Virus record (IMG/VR): IMGVR_UViG_3300001765_000140
DNA: 64,000 nt
Direction: 5' to 3' (one strand)
Source of the DNA: an uncultured virus (IMG/VR IMGVR_UViG_3300001765_000140)
Lineage: Duplodnaviria > Heunggongvirae > Uroviricota > Caudoviricetes
A model generated the notes under the pieces. That model had not been told where the DNA came from. It saw nothing but the letters and a program-made list of their open reading frames with translations, and searched no databases. Each line of letters starts with the position of its first letter. Position 1 is the first letter of the stretch. Below, piece after piece: positions 37,655 through 48,303 of this stretch. The translations under genes were made by a program, and so were the position numbers.

Positions 37655-40600
37655 ATGCCAGACAAAACACAGGAAATAGCTGAATTACTTAAGAAAGGTT
37701 ATTCAGAGGCACAGATAAATAAAATCCTCGACGAAGCAGACGCAATCGAACAAAAAAAAAATCCAGGAATCGCAGACGCAGCCAAGTCGACTGAACCTGT
37801 CAATACTCAGCCTGCTAAAGTTAAACTTCCTGAGGGTTATGAAGAGCCTGAATGGTTTACTGAGGCTGGATTCAATTATAAAGAAGATACAAAAATAAGA
37901 CATAGCTTCTTAAATAGAGCTATAAATCTTACTACCCAAGTATCTCCTTTAATCCCCGACACATCGCTACCTGAGGTAATTGATGAGGGCGATAAGCTAA
38001 CTCCGGAAATGGTTTCGGAAGTAGATGCATTTAGTCAGAATGATCTAGACTACCAAGCTAAAAATGTTAGGACGCTGAGAAGCGACATGCAGAAAAAGTA
38101 TAATGCTAATGGTTCTAAAATAACCAATAGAAATATTGATTTTCTCATAGAGGAAGCTACAGCTCCTAAATTGGTTGATCAGATAAATTCCGCAATGATT
38201 GAGGTTAATAAGGCAGGTAAAACTAAAAGAGACCTGCTATTATCTGACCCTAAGATTATTCAGGGCATGAAGGCTCAGTACAGAGAAAGAGGATGGAGCG
38301 GGGATATTGTTGACCAAGCTTTCAGTAAGGCACTTACATCTAAAAAAGACGATATTCTTTATAACGATCAGTTGGCTACTATATCAAAGATGGCTAACGA
38401 CGTTGCGCTTAAAACCGGAAGAAATCCTGACGACGTTCAGAGGGAATACGGGGAAGAAACTGAAAAGGATCGCGTAGAATATGCTGAGTCTCTTTTTGGT
38501 AAAGAGGAAATGGAAAGAAGAAGAGCTGTTAAGGAATTGGAGTTTTTAAAGAAAGACCCCGAAACTAACATGCTTGCTATTGCCGATAAAGAGAAAAGAA
38601 TTAAAGAGTTACAGGGAAGACTGCAGTTAGATATGCATATCGATTGGGCGGGAAGTATTGTCAACACTCTTACTGATCCTTTACGAAGACCTAATGTTGC
38701 TCAGCGCTACACATACGGAGCTTATGATGAAAACGGAGATAAGGTTATTCATGGTAAAATGTCAGACGAAGAAAAGCAGCGTCAGTCTGAGATTACTGCC
38801 AAAATGAATGACATTAAAGAAAATCCTAATTTCAAGCAGAATATTACCAAGCAGGCTCAGAGACAATTCATGATTCTACAGAATCTAAAATTGGCTAGAA
38901 AGCAGGCTCATAATGAAATTAACGACCAATTAAGTCTATTCCAAAACAAGCCAGCTTTAGGTGCTTCTACTATGCCTAGCTCTGAACAGATGAGCATTAT
39001 GGCTAAGGGAAAGAGGACTACTGATAATATCGACTCAATGATTCATGAGGCTGAGGTTTCATTTGAAGCTCTGTCAAGAATGGAGTTATTGAATCAGGAT
39101 GTTGCTATGGAAGATAAAACACTCATGTATTACCTAGGCGACGCAGGCAGTCTTTTGGCTAATAAAAATAACTTCCTGAATTTATACAAGAATAAAACAT
39201 CCGATGCTGAGCAGGTAGAGGTCGCAAGAAAACTATATGCTGACATGGGTTATCATATGGATGACGAGGAACTTAAGAATACAGCTCCTGACTTAGCTCT
39301 TGATATTACAAGGGGAGCAACTGAACTTACTGACTTTGCGGTTAAAATGATACTCTTAGATAAAGTAGCCGGAGTCAATGGACTTCTTGCGCTTACTACT
39401 AAGATGAAGAAAGTAGGGGGAGCTGAGAGGCTTGCTGCTTCATTCTTTGAGAAGTCAGCTACCACCCTGGATAAACTAGGTATGGCTAAAGCTGCTTTAA
39501 AGGCAGAATCAGCAGGTTTAAGCGCATTGAGCGCAGCAGGGAAGGGAACGGCAAGCAAAATAGCCGCTAACGTAACAGAAGCAGCCGTAGAGGGCTTAAA
39601 GTTTGAAGTTGTAGGCGGAAGTAATGTTGAAAGCAAGGTAGGCGGATTTGAAACCGGATTAGCTTTTTATGAAGTTGGCAAACTAATGCCTAATGTAAGA
39701 ATTGCAAACAAGGCTTTTAACGTAATCGCTAATGGATTCTTGAAGTCATCTACACAAATGACTGCATCCATGGAAGCTGTAGCCGGATATGAGGCTGCTA
39801 GGAATGCTATTGCCAATGATAAGGACTTTGGAAGGGCTATGGAAGAAAACGGCATTATCGGATGGGGAGATAAGGATGAAGTTTTCAGAAGGGTTATAGT
39901 AGAAATGGTTACTGCAGCTCCATTCGGACTGAGAGCTATGACTTCCGCTAGAGAATCAGGATTTTCGAACACAACATATGTGGATATTAAAAAAGCCGCT
40001 CAGCAGCTAAGGGATATGGGTCAACCGGAGTTGGCTGTTCAACTAGAAATGTCACAGGTCGCAGGAGTAAGTCCTGAGGGCAGCAAACATGCGTTTAAGA
40101 TAAAAGATCAATTGATGTATCTTCGTGAAGCCGGAGAATATAATCCTTCAAAAAAGCTCGATAAGAATCTTGAAAGATACCAGGAAATAGTTGAGGAATT
40201 GGGTTATGATCCTATTACAGATCAAATGCTTGAAGCTCACAACGGGGAATTATTTGGCGTTTCCATGGCTAAGGATGTTGTCTTAATGCATGAAAAGATT
40301 GAATATCTTAAGAAGGCTAAAATTGATATAGAACATAATAGTCCTGAGGCTATAGAAAAAAAATATCAGGAGCAAGCACAGCTCGATCTCGATTCTCAGA
40401 TTGAAATGGAGGGAAAAATTATTAATGAGGCAATAAATATCAATGGAAAGAAGCCTGTAATTACAAGAACCCAGGAGCAAAATGACTTAGCTAAAATAAA
40501 AGAGGATATTAATAATACCAAAAAATCGGATGTTGATTGGGATGCATTGGCGAAAGAAGAAGGCACTAAGGTAAGGGATGTTTTTAGTAGATTAAGAGAT

Positions 40601-43600
40601 AGGATTGGTGAAAAAAACTTTACTCAGATTCTTAATGAAGCTATTGGCATGACAAGGATGGTTGAGGGAGAGAGGGGAAAGATATTCGATCTACTACCTA
40701 AGGATAAGGATAAATTATATTGGAAAGGATTTTCTGATAAAGAAGTATTTGATTCATTTGTAGATACAATGCAGTCATTGCGCTCAGATAATCGCAAGTC
40801 TGATGCTATTAATAGGATTGAGTTTCTACAGGAAGTTATGGACAGGATGGAAGTAATACATAATCCTGCAGCCGGATACGTAGAAACTATATCCAATCGT
40901 CCGTCTTATAGCAATATGGTGACGCTTCCCGAAATGACACTGCTTAAAGAGCAGATAAAATCATTCAAGCGTGGATCAGTAGCCGGACGTAAGGAGTTTA
41001 GGGATCAATTAAAGGTTGTTCAAAATTACATCAGAGATAATGCTCCGGCTATATTGGATATTCTCAAGAATACCAAAATGACTGTTGGTGATATTATGGA
41101 ATTAGCAAAGCCATTAAAGGCTAACGCTAGCGACGCAACTATCACTGAGAGAATAAATAAGATAGACGCTGTTATTAAGAGAATGGAACACAGGTCTGTT
41201 AAGAAAAGAATTACCGATAAGATCAAGTCTCTAGAACCTAGCGTTACTAAAGCTGGAATCGTAAAGGGAGGCAAGGTTGATTTTATTACAGCATCCAAGG
41301 TTGGAACTGTAAAAATATTATTGGACGCTAATACCGCTAAAGCCAAGGAATCTATAGNNNNNNNNNNNNNNNNNNNNNNNNNNAAGGATGCTGTTCAGCA
41401 AGGCAATAAGTACGAAGCCGATCTTTATGAAGCTCAGATTAATGCCCTACAGACTACCGGATTTAGACAATTTGCTCTCTACCGAATAGCTGAGCTGCAA
41501 AATAAAGGCATAGGAGAATTAAGTAGAGCTGAGTTAATGGAATTAGAGCTGCTAGACTTCAACGATATGAAGAGAATGTCTCGCACAGACCTGCTTAATG
41601 CAGAGCGAAACCTAGACATGATGACTAGATATGGAATGTCGGTTCGTGAAATGGAAAATCTTAATAAGGAAATATTATTTGAGGGTGAGACTAATGCTGC
41701 TATAGAGGCGTCTGGATTTACTAAGGAGCAAATAGAAGCCGGAATTAGCGCTAATATTTATTCAGAAAGAGGAGAAAAAGGGAATAGTAAGAAGTTTGAA
41801 GGACTTGATAATATTACGGAATGGGCTACTAATTTCAGACAGGCTCAGGAGTCTTTCTATACCCTAATGGAACTAGCTATGAGAGATACCCCGAACAGAC
41901 CTCATATGGAAGGATATTTTCACAGCATAACTCATGACCTATATAGAGCAAGGAGTCATAAGGATGCTACTGTTAGAAGGTTAAAAACTATGGTATCTTC
42001 TAATAAAGCCCGCATATTTGGAGTTGATACTAAGGAACTTGGTAAAATAAATAAATCTCATACTGAAAAACAAAAAGCATCAATAACTATTAATAATAGA
42101 AAATCGGATATTCTTGGTCAATCTAAAACAGGCAAAGACATATATAATGAAATGACTGTTAATGAGGCGTACAAAACATGGCAGGCTACGCTTATGAAGA
42201 ATAACGATAATGCCTTCTTTAAAATGGGATGGGGCGTTAAGGAGGTTGATGGAAAAATGGTATATGATGCAGAGCTGCTGAGAAGTGAGCTAGAGGCTTT
42301 CATAGAAAAGAGCAGTCCGGTTGGAAGTAAGGTTATTGATTATGCTAGATGGCAGGTAGAAGAATTTTTTCCGTCGTATTATCCAAGACTAAATGAAGCC
42401 CATAGACAGAGAAATGGCATTGATATGCTTTATGAAGTAAACTTTTCTCCGAGTATTAAAATAATGGAGGGAGAAAATATGCAGGAACTTTCCAGAAGTA
42501 TTATGGAGGGTGACGCTCAGTTCTTCGCTCAGAGCATGCTGCCTGGCTCTATGAGGGCTAAAAAAATAAATCCATTCGTAAGAATTAATACTGAAATAGA
42601 TGGAGATGCTTTTCTTGCAAGATACATCGATAAGATGGAGCACTTCATTCATTTTCAGCCAGTTGTTGATAGGATGGAGGGGGTATTTGGAGATAAGAAC
42701 GTCAGAACAGCTCTTGCGATCAATAACGGTGCTAACATGAATAAGGTTATTGATGGATTTATAGACAGAATTAAGAAGGATTCAACTAAAAAAGCTGAAA
42801 CAGAAATAGATAAGGTGTTCGACTTCTTTAAAAGGAAAATAGTAATGTCTAAGTTGGGTCTTAATATTAGTTTATTTCCAAAACAGTTAGTTGCGCTACC
42901 GGCATATATGTCATCATTAGATATTAGCGAACAGGGAAGTTTTGCTTCAAAATTAATACCTACAAAAGACTTCATAGATACAATAAAAAAACTATATCAC
43001 TCTGATGCTGTAATAAACAGAATTACCTCAGGGGGAAGTGAAAGAGATTTTCAGGATGTTATATCTTCTCTCGAAAAAAGGGCTGATGAATATAAAATAG
43101 ATGAAGGAAAGGGGTTGCTAAGTAGGGCTATAACAGGAAAACTTTCAAGCGATATGCTTATTATGACTAAGTTGGGAGATATCTCTACTGTACTTATGGG
43201 TGGTCAGGCTATCTTTAGAATTAAGAGAGATAAGTACTTAGCAGAGGGAATGAGTAAGGCTAAGGCTGAGCAGAAAGCATATGAAGATTTTGTTATATCA
43301 ACAAACTTAACTCAGGCTTCTGCAAACATTGAAGATTTAAGTGCCATTCAGGCTATGGGTTCTGTAGGGAAAATGATGACTCTATTCCAAAACACACCAC
43401 TTCAGTACATGAGAATCGAGGCTGCTGCAGTGACAAATCTTTTTAAATCGACAAAAAGACTTAGAGAGCTGGAAAAAGGTAGCGAAGCTCGTGGAATAGA
43501 AGTCAACAGAATAAAGAACTCTATTAAGGATGTAATTATTTACCACTTCATGCTTCCGGCATTATTCCAGGCTGCTACAAAGAGATTTTATATTGGAGAA

Positions 43601-44413
43601 GATGAAATGCTTGACGATCCTGATATGTTAGTATCTATGGGATTAGGATCAGGAGCTTATGTATTTATAGCCGGACAACTCTTAAAAGCTGCTGCCGATT
43701 GGGTAGCGTCAGGTAATACATTCGGAGTGCAATTAAGTGGAATAACAGAAAGCGTTAGTAAGGATATTAATGATTCATTTAAGGCTATAGAAAAGATATT
43801 AGCCGAGAATCCTGTAACTGAAAAGGATATATTTGATATGATAAAAACAGCCAAACCTATTATGTCAGTTATCGGAGATTTCACAGGAGCTCCGCTTATT
43901 CCTGCCACCAATTTAATTAAGGGAGTTTATGATTACACTACAGGAAAGACGGATGATATCGGTAGTTTAATTGGCTACACTTCAATGGCTACAGGGGAAT
44001 ACGATAGAAGTAAGGACTTTAGATTTATGAACGAGCATCTTAAAAACGGAGACTCTCTAGAGAAATTCCTTCAGGACGTTAGGAAGCAATATCCTGGCGA
44101 TGAGTTTGCCGCTAATCAGGGTAGACTTATTCGCGAATATACTATGTATGAGCATTTTGGAGGATATGATCCTATCGTGAATCACCTTTATAGATCGGGA
44201 CTTCCAACTAAAGATAAAGCTAAATATCTCCTTAATCTTAAGGAACATAAAACTGGCGGAGTGAAAACTCTCAGCACTATATACGAGGCAAAGACTATGA
44301 CTGATGAGAAATGGAATAAACTTATTGATGAACTCACAAGGTTCGGAGTTATCACCATGGAAGTAAGGTCTGAAATAGCTAAGGAATTATACAAAAAGAA
44401 AAGCGCCAAATAA
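37655..44413 (+). CDS. Very large internal virion/cargo protein (2252 aa; N gap at 41358-41383)
   Basis: Long helical ORF; C-terminal TLFQNTPLQY and hydrophobic segments like podophage ejection proteins; no RNA polymerase DxDxD motif seen. Confidence 0.65.
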   Translation: MPDKTQEIAELLKKGYSEAQINKILDEADAIEQKKNPGIADAAKSTEPVNTQPAKVKLPEGYEEPEWFTEAGFNYKEDTKIRHSFLNRAINLTTQVSPLIPDTSLPEVIDEGDKLTPEMVSEVDAFSQNDLDYQAKNVRTLRSDMQKKYNANGSKITNRNIDFLIEEATAPKLVDQINSAMIEVNKAGKTKRDLLLSDPKIIQGMKAQYRERGWSGDIVDQAFSKALTSKKDDILYNDQLATISKMANDVALKTGRNPDDVQREYGEETEKDRVEYAESLFGKEEMERRRAVKELEFLKKDPETNMLAIADKEKRIKELQGRLQLDMHIDWAGSIVNTLTDPLRRPNVAQRYTYGAYDENGDKVIHGKMSDEEKQRQSEITAKMNDIKENPNFKQNITKQAQRQFMILQNLKLARKQAHNEINDQLSLFQNKPALGASTMPSSEQMSIMAKGKRTTDNIDSMIHEAEVSFEALSRMELLNQDVAMEDKTLMYYLGDAGSLLANKNNFLNLYKNKTSDAEQVEVARKLYADMGYHMDDEELKNTAPDLALDITRGATELTDFAVKMILLDKVAGVNGLLALTTKMKKVGGAERLAASFFEKSATTLDKLGMAKAALKAESAGLSALSAAGKGTASKIAANVTEAAVEGLKFEVVGGSNVESKVGGFETGLAFYEVGKLMPNVRIANKAFNVIANGFLKSSTQMTASMEAVAGYEAARNAIANDKDFGRAMEENGIIGWGDKDEVFRRVIVEMVTAAPFGLRAMTSARESGFSNTTYVDIKKAAQQLRDMGQPELAVQLEMSQVAGVSPEGSKHAFKIKDQLMYLREAGEYNPSKKLDKNLERYQEIVEELGYDPITDQMLEAHNGELFGVSMAKDVVLMHEKIEYLKKAKIDIEHNSPEAIEKKYQEQAQLDLDSQIEMEGKIINEAININGKKPVITRTQEQNDLAKIKEDINNTKKSDVDWDALAKEEGTKVRDVFSRLRDRIGEKNFTQILNEAIGMTRMVEGERGKIFDLLPKDKDKLYWKGFSDKEVFDSFVDTMQSLRSDNRKSDAINRIEFLQEVMDRMEVIHNPAAGYVETISNRPSYSNMVTLPEMTLLKEQIKSFKRGSVAGRKEFRDQLKVVQNYIRDNAPAILDILKNTKMTVGDIMELAKPLKANASDATITERINKIDAVIKRMEHRSVKKRITDKIKSLEPSVTKAGIVKGGKVDFITASKVGTVKILLDANTAKAKESIXXXXXXXXXKDAVQQGNKYEADLYEAQINALQTTGFRQFALYRIAELQNKGIGELSRAELMELELLDFNDMKRMSRTDLLNAERNLDMMTRYGMSVREMENLNKEILFEGETNAAIEASGFTKEQIEAGISANIYSERGEKGNSKKFEGLDNITEWATNFRQAQESFYTLMELAMRDTPNRPHMEGYFHSITHDLYRARSHKDATVRRLKTMVSSNKARIFGVDTKELGKINKSHTEKQKASITINNRKSDILGQSKTGKDIYNEMTVNEAYKTWQATLMKNNDNAFFKMGWGVKEVDGKMVYDAELLRSELEAFIEKSSPVGSKVIDYARWQVEEFFPSYYPRLNEAHRQRNGIDMLYEVNFSPSIKIMEGENMQELSRSIMEGDAQFFAQSMLPGSMRAKKINPFVRINTEIDGDAFLARYIDKMEHFIHFQPVVDRMEGVFGDKNVRTALAINNGANMNKVIDGFIDRIKKDSTKKAETEIDKVFDFFKRKIVMSKLGLNISLFPKQLVALPAYMSSLDISEQGSFASKLIPTKDFIDTIKKLYHSDAVINRITSGGSERDFQDVISSLEKRADEYKIDEGKGLLSRAITGKLSSDMLIMTKLGDISTVLMGGQAIFRIKRDKYLAEGMSKAKAEQKAYEDFVISTNLTQASANIEDLSAIQAMGSVGKMMTLFQNTPLQYMRIEAAAVTNLFKSTKRLRELEKGSEARGIEVNRIKNSIKDVIIYHFMLPALFQAATKRFYIGEDEMLDDPDMLVSMGLGSGAYVFIAGQLLKAAADWVASGNTFGVQLSGITESVSKDINDSFKAIEKILAENPVTEKDIFDMIKTAKPIMSVIGDFTGAPLIPATNLIKGVYDYTTGKTDDIGSLIGYTSMATGEYDRSKDFRFMNEHLKNGDSLEKFLQDVRKQYPGDEFAANQGRLIREYTMYEHFGGYDPIVNHLYRSGLPTKDKAKYLLNLKEHKTGGVKTLSTIYEAKTMTDEKWNKLIDELTRFGVITMEVRSEIAKELYKKKSAK

Positions 44414-44444
44414 TTTGGAATTGTCGATAATTTTACTACCTTTG
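44414..44444 (+). promoter_or_regulatory. Bacteroidota-type promoter of lysis operon
   Basis: TTTG ... TACCTTTG. Confidence 0.7.
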
Positions 44445-44466
44445 CATTCGAACCAAAACCGATAAA

Positions 44467-44982
44467 ATGAACTCATTAGACTTTCTTGTTATTCATTGTA
44501 CTGCCACACCTAAGGGTCGTAAAGTTACCGACTCAGACATTCGTAAGTGGCATTTAAGTCCGAAGCCGGAAGGCAGGGGATGGAAGCAGGTCGGATATTC
44601 TGATATGATATATTTAGACGGATCGCTTGTGAATCTGACTGCATATAATCAGGATAACGTAGTTGATCCTTGGGAGATAACAAATGGAGCTGTAGGCGTA
44701 AATCAACGCTCCCGCCACGTGGTTTACGTTGGAGGTTTGGGTGTTGAGCCGGAGCTAGAGAATGATGACGATGAGGATATGGGGCAGTTTGTTCCCGAAG
44801 ACACTCGCACTCCGGAGCAATTAAAGTCATTGGAACTGTATGTTAAGTATATGATCCTAAGACATCCACGGATTAAAGTTGCCGGACATAATCAGTTTGC
44901 GAATAAAGCATGCCCTAGCTTCGATGTAGTAAAATGGGCTAGATCAGTAGGTATTTCAGAGTATAACATCTATATCAAATAG
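44467..44982 (+). CDS. Endolysin, N-acetylmuramoyl-L-alanine amidase (T7 lysozyme family)
   Basis: LVIHCTAT, IRKWH, GWKQVGY, GHNQFANKACPSFDV zinc-amidase motifs. Confidence 0.92.
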   Translation: MNSLDFLVIHCTATPKGRKVTDSDIRKWHLSPKPEGRGWKQVGYSDMIYLDGSLVNLTAYNQDNVVDPWEITNGAVGVNQRSRHVVYVGGLGVEPELENDDDEDMGQFVPEDTRTPEQLKSLELYVKYMILRHPRIKVAGHNQFANKACPSFDVVKWARSVGISEYNIYIK

Positions 44983-44984
44983 CA

Positions 44985-45275
44985 ATGGAAAAGAAGAGAA
45001 ACAGGTTAGCGGGCAAGGGTAAGAATAAAACCAGTAAGTCTAATGAATCCACGGGAAGAAATTATGATTACGATAAGAAATACCAGAGCTCTCCTAAGCA
45101 AAAGAAAAACAGAGCCATGCGTAACGCAGCAAGAGCTAGTGCCATTAAAAAGGGAACTGCACGCGTGGGAGACAATACCGACGTTGACCATATCAAGTCT
45201 ATCAAAAAAGGAGGTACAAACGCTAAAGGAAATACTAAAGTCATATCGCGATCAGCCAACAGAGCAAAGAAGTAG
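44985..45275 (+). CDS. Small basic HNH endonuclease-like protein
   Basis: DVDHIKSIKKGGTNAKGNTKVISRSANR. Confidence 0.8.
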   Translation: MEKKRNRLAGKGKNKTSKSNESTGRNYDYDKKYQSSPKQKKNRAMRNAARASAIKKGTARVGDNTDVDHIKSIKKGGTNAKGNTKVISRSANRAKK

Positions 45276-45296
45276 TAACTAACTAAAAAACAACTT

Positions 45297-46016
45297 ATGA
45301 GTATTAGACTAAGACTATCTACAGAGGAATATAATTTAGTAACAGACTTCAGAAAAAAACAAGACACCGGAAATACATTAATAATAGGCGATCTTCACGA
45401 ACCGTTCACAAAAAAAGGATATTTAGAGCACTGCCTGAGAGTTCAGGAAAAATATAACACAACCAGGACAATATTCATAGGCGATATTTTAGACAATCAT
45501 TTCAGCAGCTTCCATACTACCGATCCGGACGGATACTCTGCAGGAGAAGAGTTGGCAAGAGCTAAGGACAGAATTGCAATGTGGTACGAATCATTTCCCG
45601 ATGCATATGTAACAGTAGGAAATCATGACAGACTACCTCAGCGTCAGGCAATGTCAGGAGGAGTATCTAAATTATGGATTAAATCCATGTCGGAAGTTCT
45701 CGATACTCCGGAATGGACTTATGGAGAACAGTTTATTTTCGACGATGTTCTTTATGTTCACGGAGAAGGCAGGCAGGCAGACATGAGAGCAAAGAATGAT
45801 CAAATATCTGTAGTTCAGGGACATTGGCACACAAAAGGATATATATCATACTTTGTAGGAATTCATCATAAGATTTTCGCCATGCAGGTAGGATCTGGAA
45901 TCGACAGTAAAGCCTATGCGATGGCATACGGTAAGCACTTTAATAAGCCGCATATTTCATGTGGGGTTGTACTAGAAAACGGCAGTCTTCCAATACTTGA
46001 ATACATGAATCTATGA
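45297..46016 (+). CDS. Calcineurin-like metallophosphoesterase
   Basis: IGDLH, GDILD, GNHD, HG, GHWH motifs. Confidence 0.9.
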   Translation: MSIRLRLSTEEYNLVTDFRKKQDTGNTLIIGDLHEPFTKKGYLEHCLRVQEKYNTTRTIFIGDILDNHFSSFHTTDPDGYSAGEELARAKDRIAMWYESFPDAYVTVGNHDRLPQRQAMSGGVSKLWIKSMSEVLDTPEWTYGEQFIFDDVLYVHGEGRQADMRAKNDQISVVQGHWHTKGYISYFVGIHHKIFAMQVGSGIDSKAYAMAYGKHFNKPHISCGVVLENGSLPILEYMNL

Positions 46017-46139
46017 TTGGACTGAAAGAAATAACTCTTAAAAAACCATTCAATGTAGCCGGAGAATGGTGGGTACTCATGCCGCCACGAAGCGGTGATG
46101 TATTACCTGTTTTACTTAAATTAAAAAAACAAGAAGGAT

Positions 46140-46544
46140 ATGGACGTAAAGAAATTAATTATAGCAGTTGACTTTGACGGGACTATTGTCGAGCATAAGT
46201 TTCCGGCAATAGGAAAGTTACTTCCTCACGCAAGACAAGCTCTGCAAAGATGGAAGGATGAAGGACATTCAATTATAATATGGACTTGCAGGAATCAGTC
46301 AGAACCGCTTCATCCTGAATGGAAGGAAGCTCATATCGGAGCTGTAAAGGATTTTCTTGACAAAAACTTCATTCCATATGACACAATAAACTCAGACTCT
46401 CCTGCCATTGGATTTTGGCTGCAGAGCCGGAAGGTATACGCTGATATTTATATCGATGACCGTAATATGGGCGGATTTCCTGGTTGGACGACAGCAGTTA
46501 AGCAGGTCGATTTCTTTTCAAAACAAGGCACTTGGTTCTATTAA
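46140..46544 (+). CDS. HAD-superfamily hydrolase (BT0820-like)
   Basis: IAVDFDGT, IWTCR, KVYADIYIDDR. Confidence 0.88.
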   Translation: MDVKKLIIAVDFDGTIVEHKFPAIGKLLPHARQALQRWKDEGHSIIIWTCRNQSEPLHPEWKEAHIGAVKDFLDKNFIPYDTINSDSPAIGFWLQSRKVYADIYIDDRNMGGFPGWTTAVKQVDFFSKQGTWFY

Positions 46545-46567
46545 TTAATAACTAAATTCTATAAATT

Positions 46568-46891
46568 ATGACAAAATTCGGATTTTATTTTCAGAAATTG
46601 GCAATCATTGTCGTGCTAATAGCAGCAATGATAACTGTAATTCCATTTATACTCATAGCAATTGAGGCTGCAATAAATGGAAACGGTGCGTTTGGGTATG
46701 TAATGCTAGAGCATATCTTTATTACTACATTTGCTGAATGGAGTAATATAGATGAGGTTACAGATCAGACTCAATATGAAGTTTCAGATGAGACCCAATA
46801 TGGTAACTCAGGAACTGTTAAACCTAACGATCCTAAGGATTATTACGAGAATCATATGGAGCATTTTCCTGATCCAAAAAAGCAGGGGTAA
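46568..46891 (+). CDS. Membrane protein
   Basis: N-terminal hydrophobic helix, acidic tail. Confidence 0.55.
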   Translation: MTKFGFYFQKLAIIVVLIAAMITVIPFILIAIEAAINGNGAFGYVMLEHIFITTFAEWSNIDEVTDQTQYEVSDETQYGNSGTVKPNDPKDYYENHMEHFPDPKKQG

Positions 46892-47538
46892 TGAAGTTAA
46901 ATTTTAATATCAACATCACAACGCTCCTGTGCATAGCAGGGGCGATTGTTTTATTCCTACTTTGGAGAAATGAATCCTCTGAATCAGCCAGGTGGGAGAA
47001 TAACTACGATATCTCAATATCTGACCATAAGCAGTTTGTAAGCGAAATGGACGGTATAATTGTGACCTACAGGGAATCAGTTACCTTAACCAATCAGGAA
47101 CTTAAAAAGGCACTTAAAGGAGATAGCATACAGCGCGAGTTGGTGAAGAAATATCGAAAGCTGGCGGAATCAGCGACTATCATCACAGAATGGAAGCATG
47201 ATGTTATTACAGTAGCCGTCCCTATATTCATTACAAGGGATACAACAATAAAGCATAGCGATAAGTGTTTTAGCGTTGATTTAAGCCTTTCTAATGGTAA
47301 GCTGACTCTTCAGGACATGAGAGTACCGAATAGGCAAGATATTGTCTCAGGACGCAGGAAAACGGGCTTATTTAGCAGCGAATACAGTATGGATATTCGT
47401 AACTCCAATGAATGTATAGTTACTTCCGGAATGAATAGCTATAAAGTCATCGATAAACCTAAGTGGTATGAGCATCCATTTGTTTGGGGAGCAGCAGGAT
47501 TGGTTGGCGGATTTTATCTTAATAGCAGGATCAAATGA
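46891..47538 (+). CDS. Putative spanin-like membrane protein
   Basis: N- and C-terminal TM segments, KWYE.PFVWG end, in lysis operon. Confidence 0.5.
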   Translation: MKLNFNINITTLLCIAGAIVLFLLWRNESSESARWENNYDISISDHKQFVSEMDGIIVTYRESVTLTNQELKKALKGDSIQRELVKKYRKLAESATIITEWKHDVITVAVPIFITRDTTIKHSDKCFSVDLSLSNGKLTLQDMRVPNRQDIVSGRRKTGLFSSEYSMDIRNSNECIVTSGMNSYKVIDKPKWYEHPFVWGAAGLVGGFYLNSRIK

Positions 47539-47704
47539 TTGGGTTAACTCCGGCGCAAGCCAAAAAACTAAGCGGCGAGGACTTAAGGCAAATCGCAAAG
47601 TTCCATCGTATAGTTAAAAACTATTTGAAGATGCAAAGACTTCTTAATGAACTAAAGTCTTAGTTGAACTAAGTTCTTAGTTATAGACGACTACAAACAA
47701 AAAT

Positions 47705-47734
47705 AAAGAGAGGGCTCGCGCCCCCTCTTTTTTT
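47705..47734 (+). terminator. Terminator at convergence of the two transcription blocks
   Basis: AAAGAGAGGGC-TCGC-GCCCCCTCTTT-TTTT. Confidence 0.8.
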
Positions 47735-47865
47735 ATATCACAATCTCATCTAAGAGACCCTGTAGCATAGAATACTGACCTCTGTCCATATGCTCTACAA
47801 ACATCATTAGCATCGGAATAATGGTTATGCATGAAAATCCAAGCACAATCCAAGAAAAAGTTGCC

Positions 47866-48114
47866 TTATTCATCTGACGGTTCGGGTTGAAATATTATAC
47901 CTCTCCTGCCTGACTCCTCTAACGGAGCGTCCGGTGGAAGGATGATCTTTCTTTTTTCAGTATTGTCTCCGTGAATTATTGCCCTATTTCTATAGACAAC
48001 AACATTGGAGACTAGCATATCTAGTTCCCGCATAGTCATGTACGGATGAAGTTCCTGTAGCTTATCTAAAGCCAAGCTTACTTCGTGATGTAGCTCCTTA
48101 CTTCTGCCCACCAC
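47866..48114 (-). CDS. Hypothetical protein
   Basis: 82 aa ORF in tightly packed - strand block. Confidence 0.5.
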   Translation of the reverse strand: MVGRSKELHHEVSLALDKLQELHPYMTMRELDMLVSNVVVYRNRAIIHGDNTEKRKIILPPDAPLEESGRRGIIFQPEPSDE

Positions 48115-48301
48115 TGTAAGATTTAAACAGTAATCCGGATAATATCGACAAACCCAATGCCTGAATAGCCGTAATGGTTGTTAATCCAAATATAGCCGGA
48201 ATAAGCCAATTCCACAGCCACATAATAGGCAGTGCAATCAATAAACATATTAATAGCATGAACAGAGTTCCGGCTACTACTGCAGAAATAAATTCTCCCA
48301 T
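48098..48301 (-). CDS. Small membrane protein
   Basis: MWLWNWLIPAIFGLTTITAIQALGL pattern, 67 aa. Confidence 0.65.
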   Translation of the reverse strand: MGEFISAVVAGTLFMLLICLLIALPIMWLWNWLIPAIFGLTTITAIQALGLSILSGLLFKSYSGGQK

Positions 48302-48303
48302 AA

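Noticed and set aside
37703..44409. Many short antisense ORFs within the large structural genes
   Set aside because: Shadow frames with no promoter, motif or independent support.
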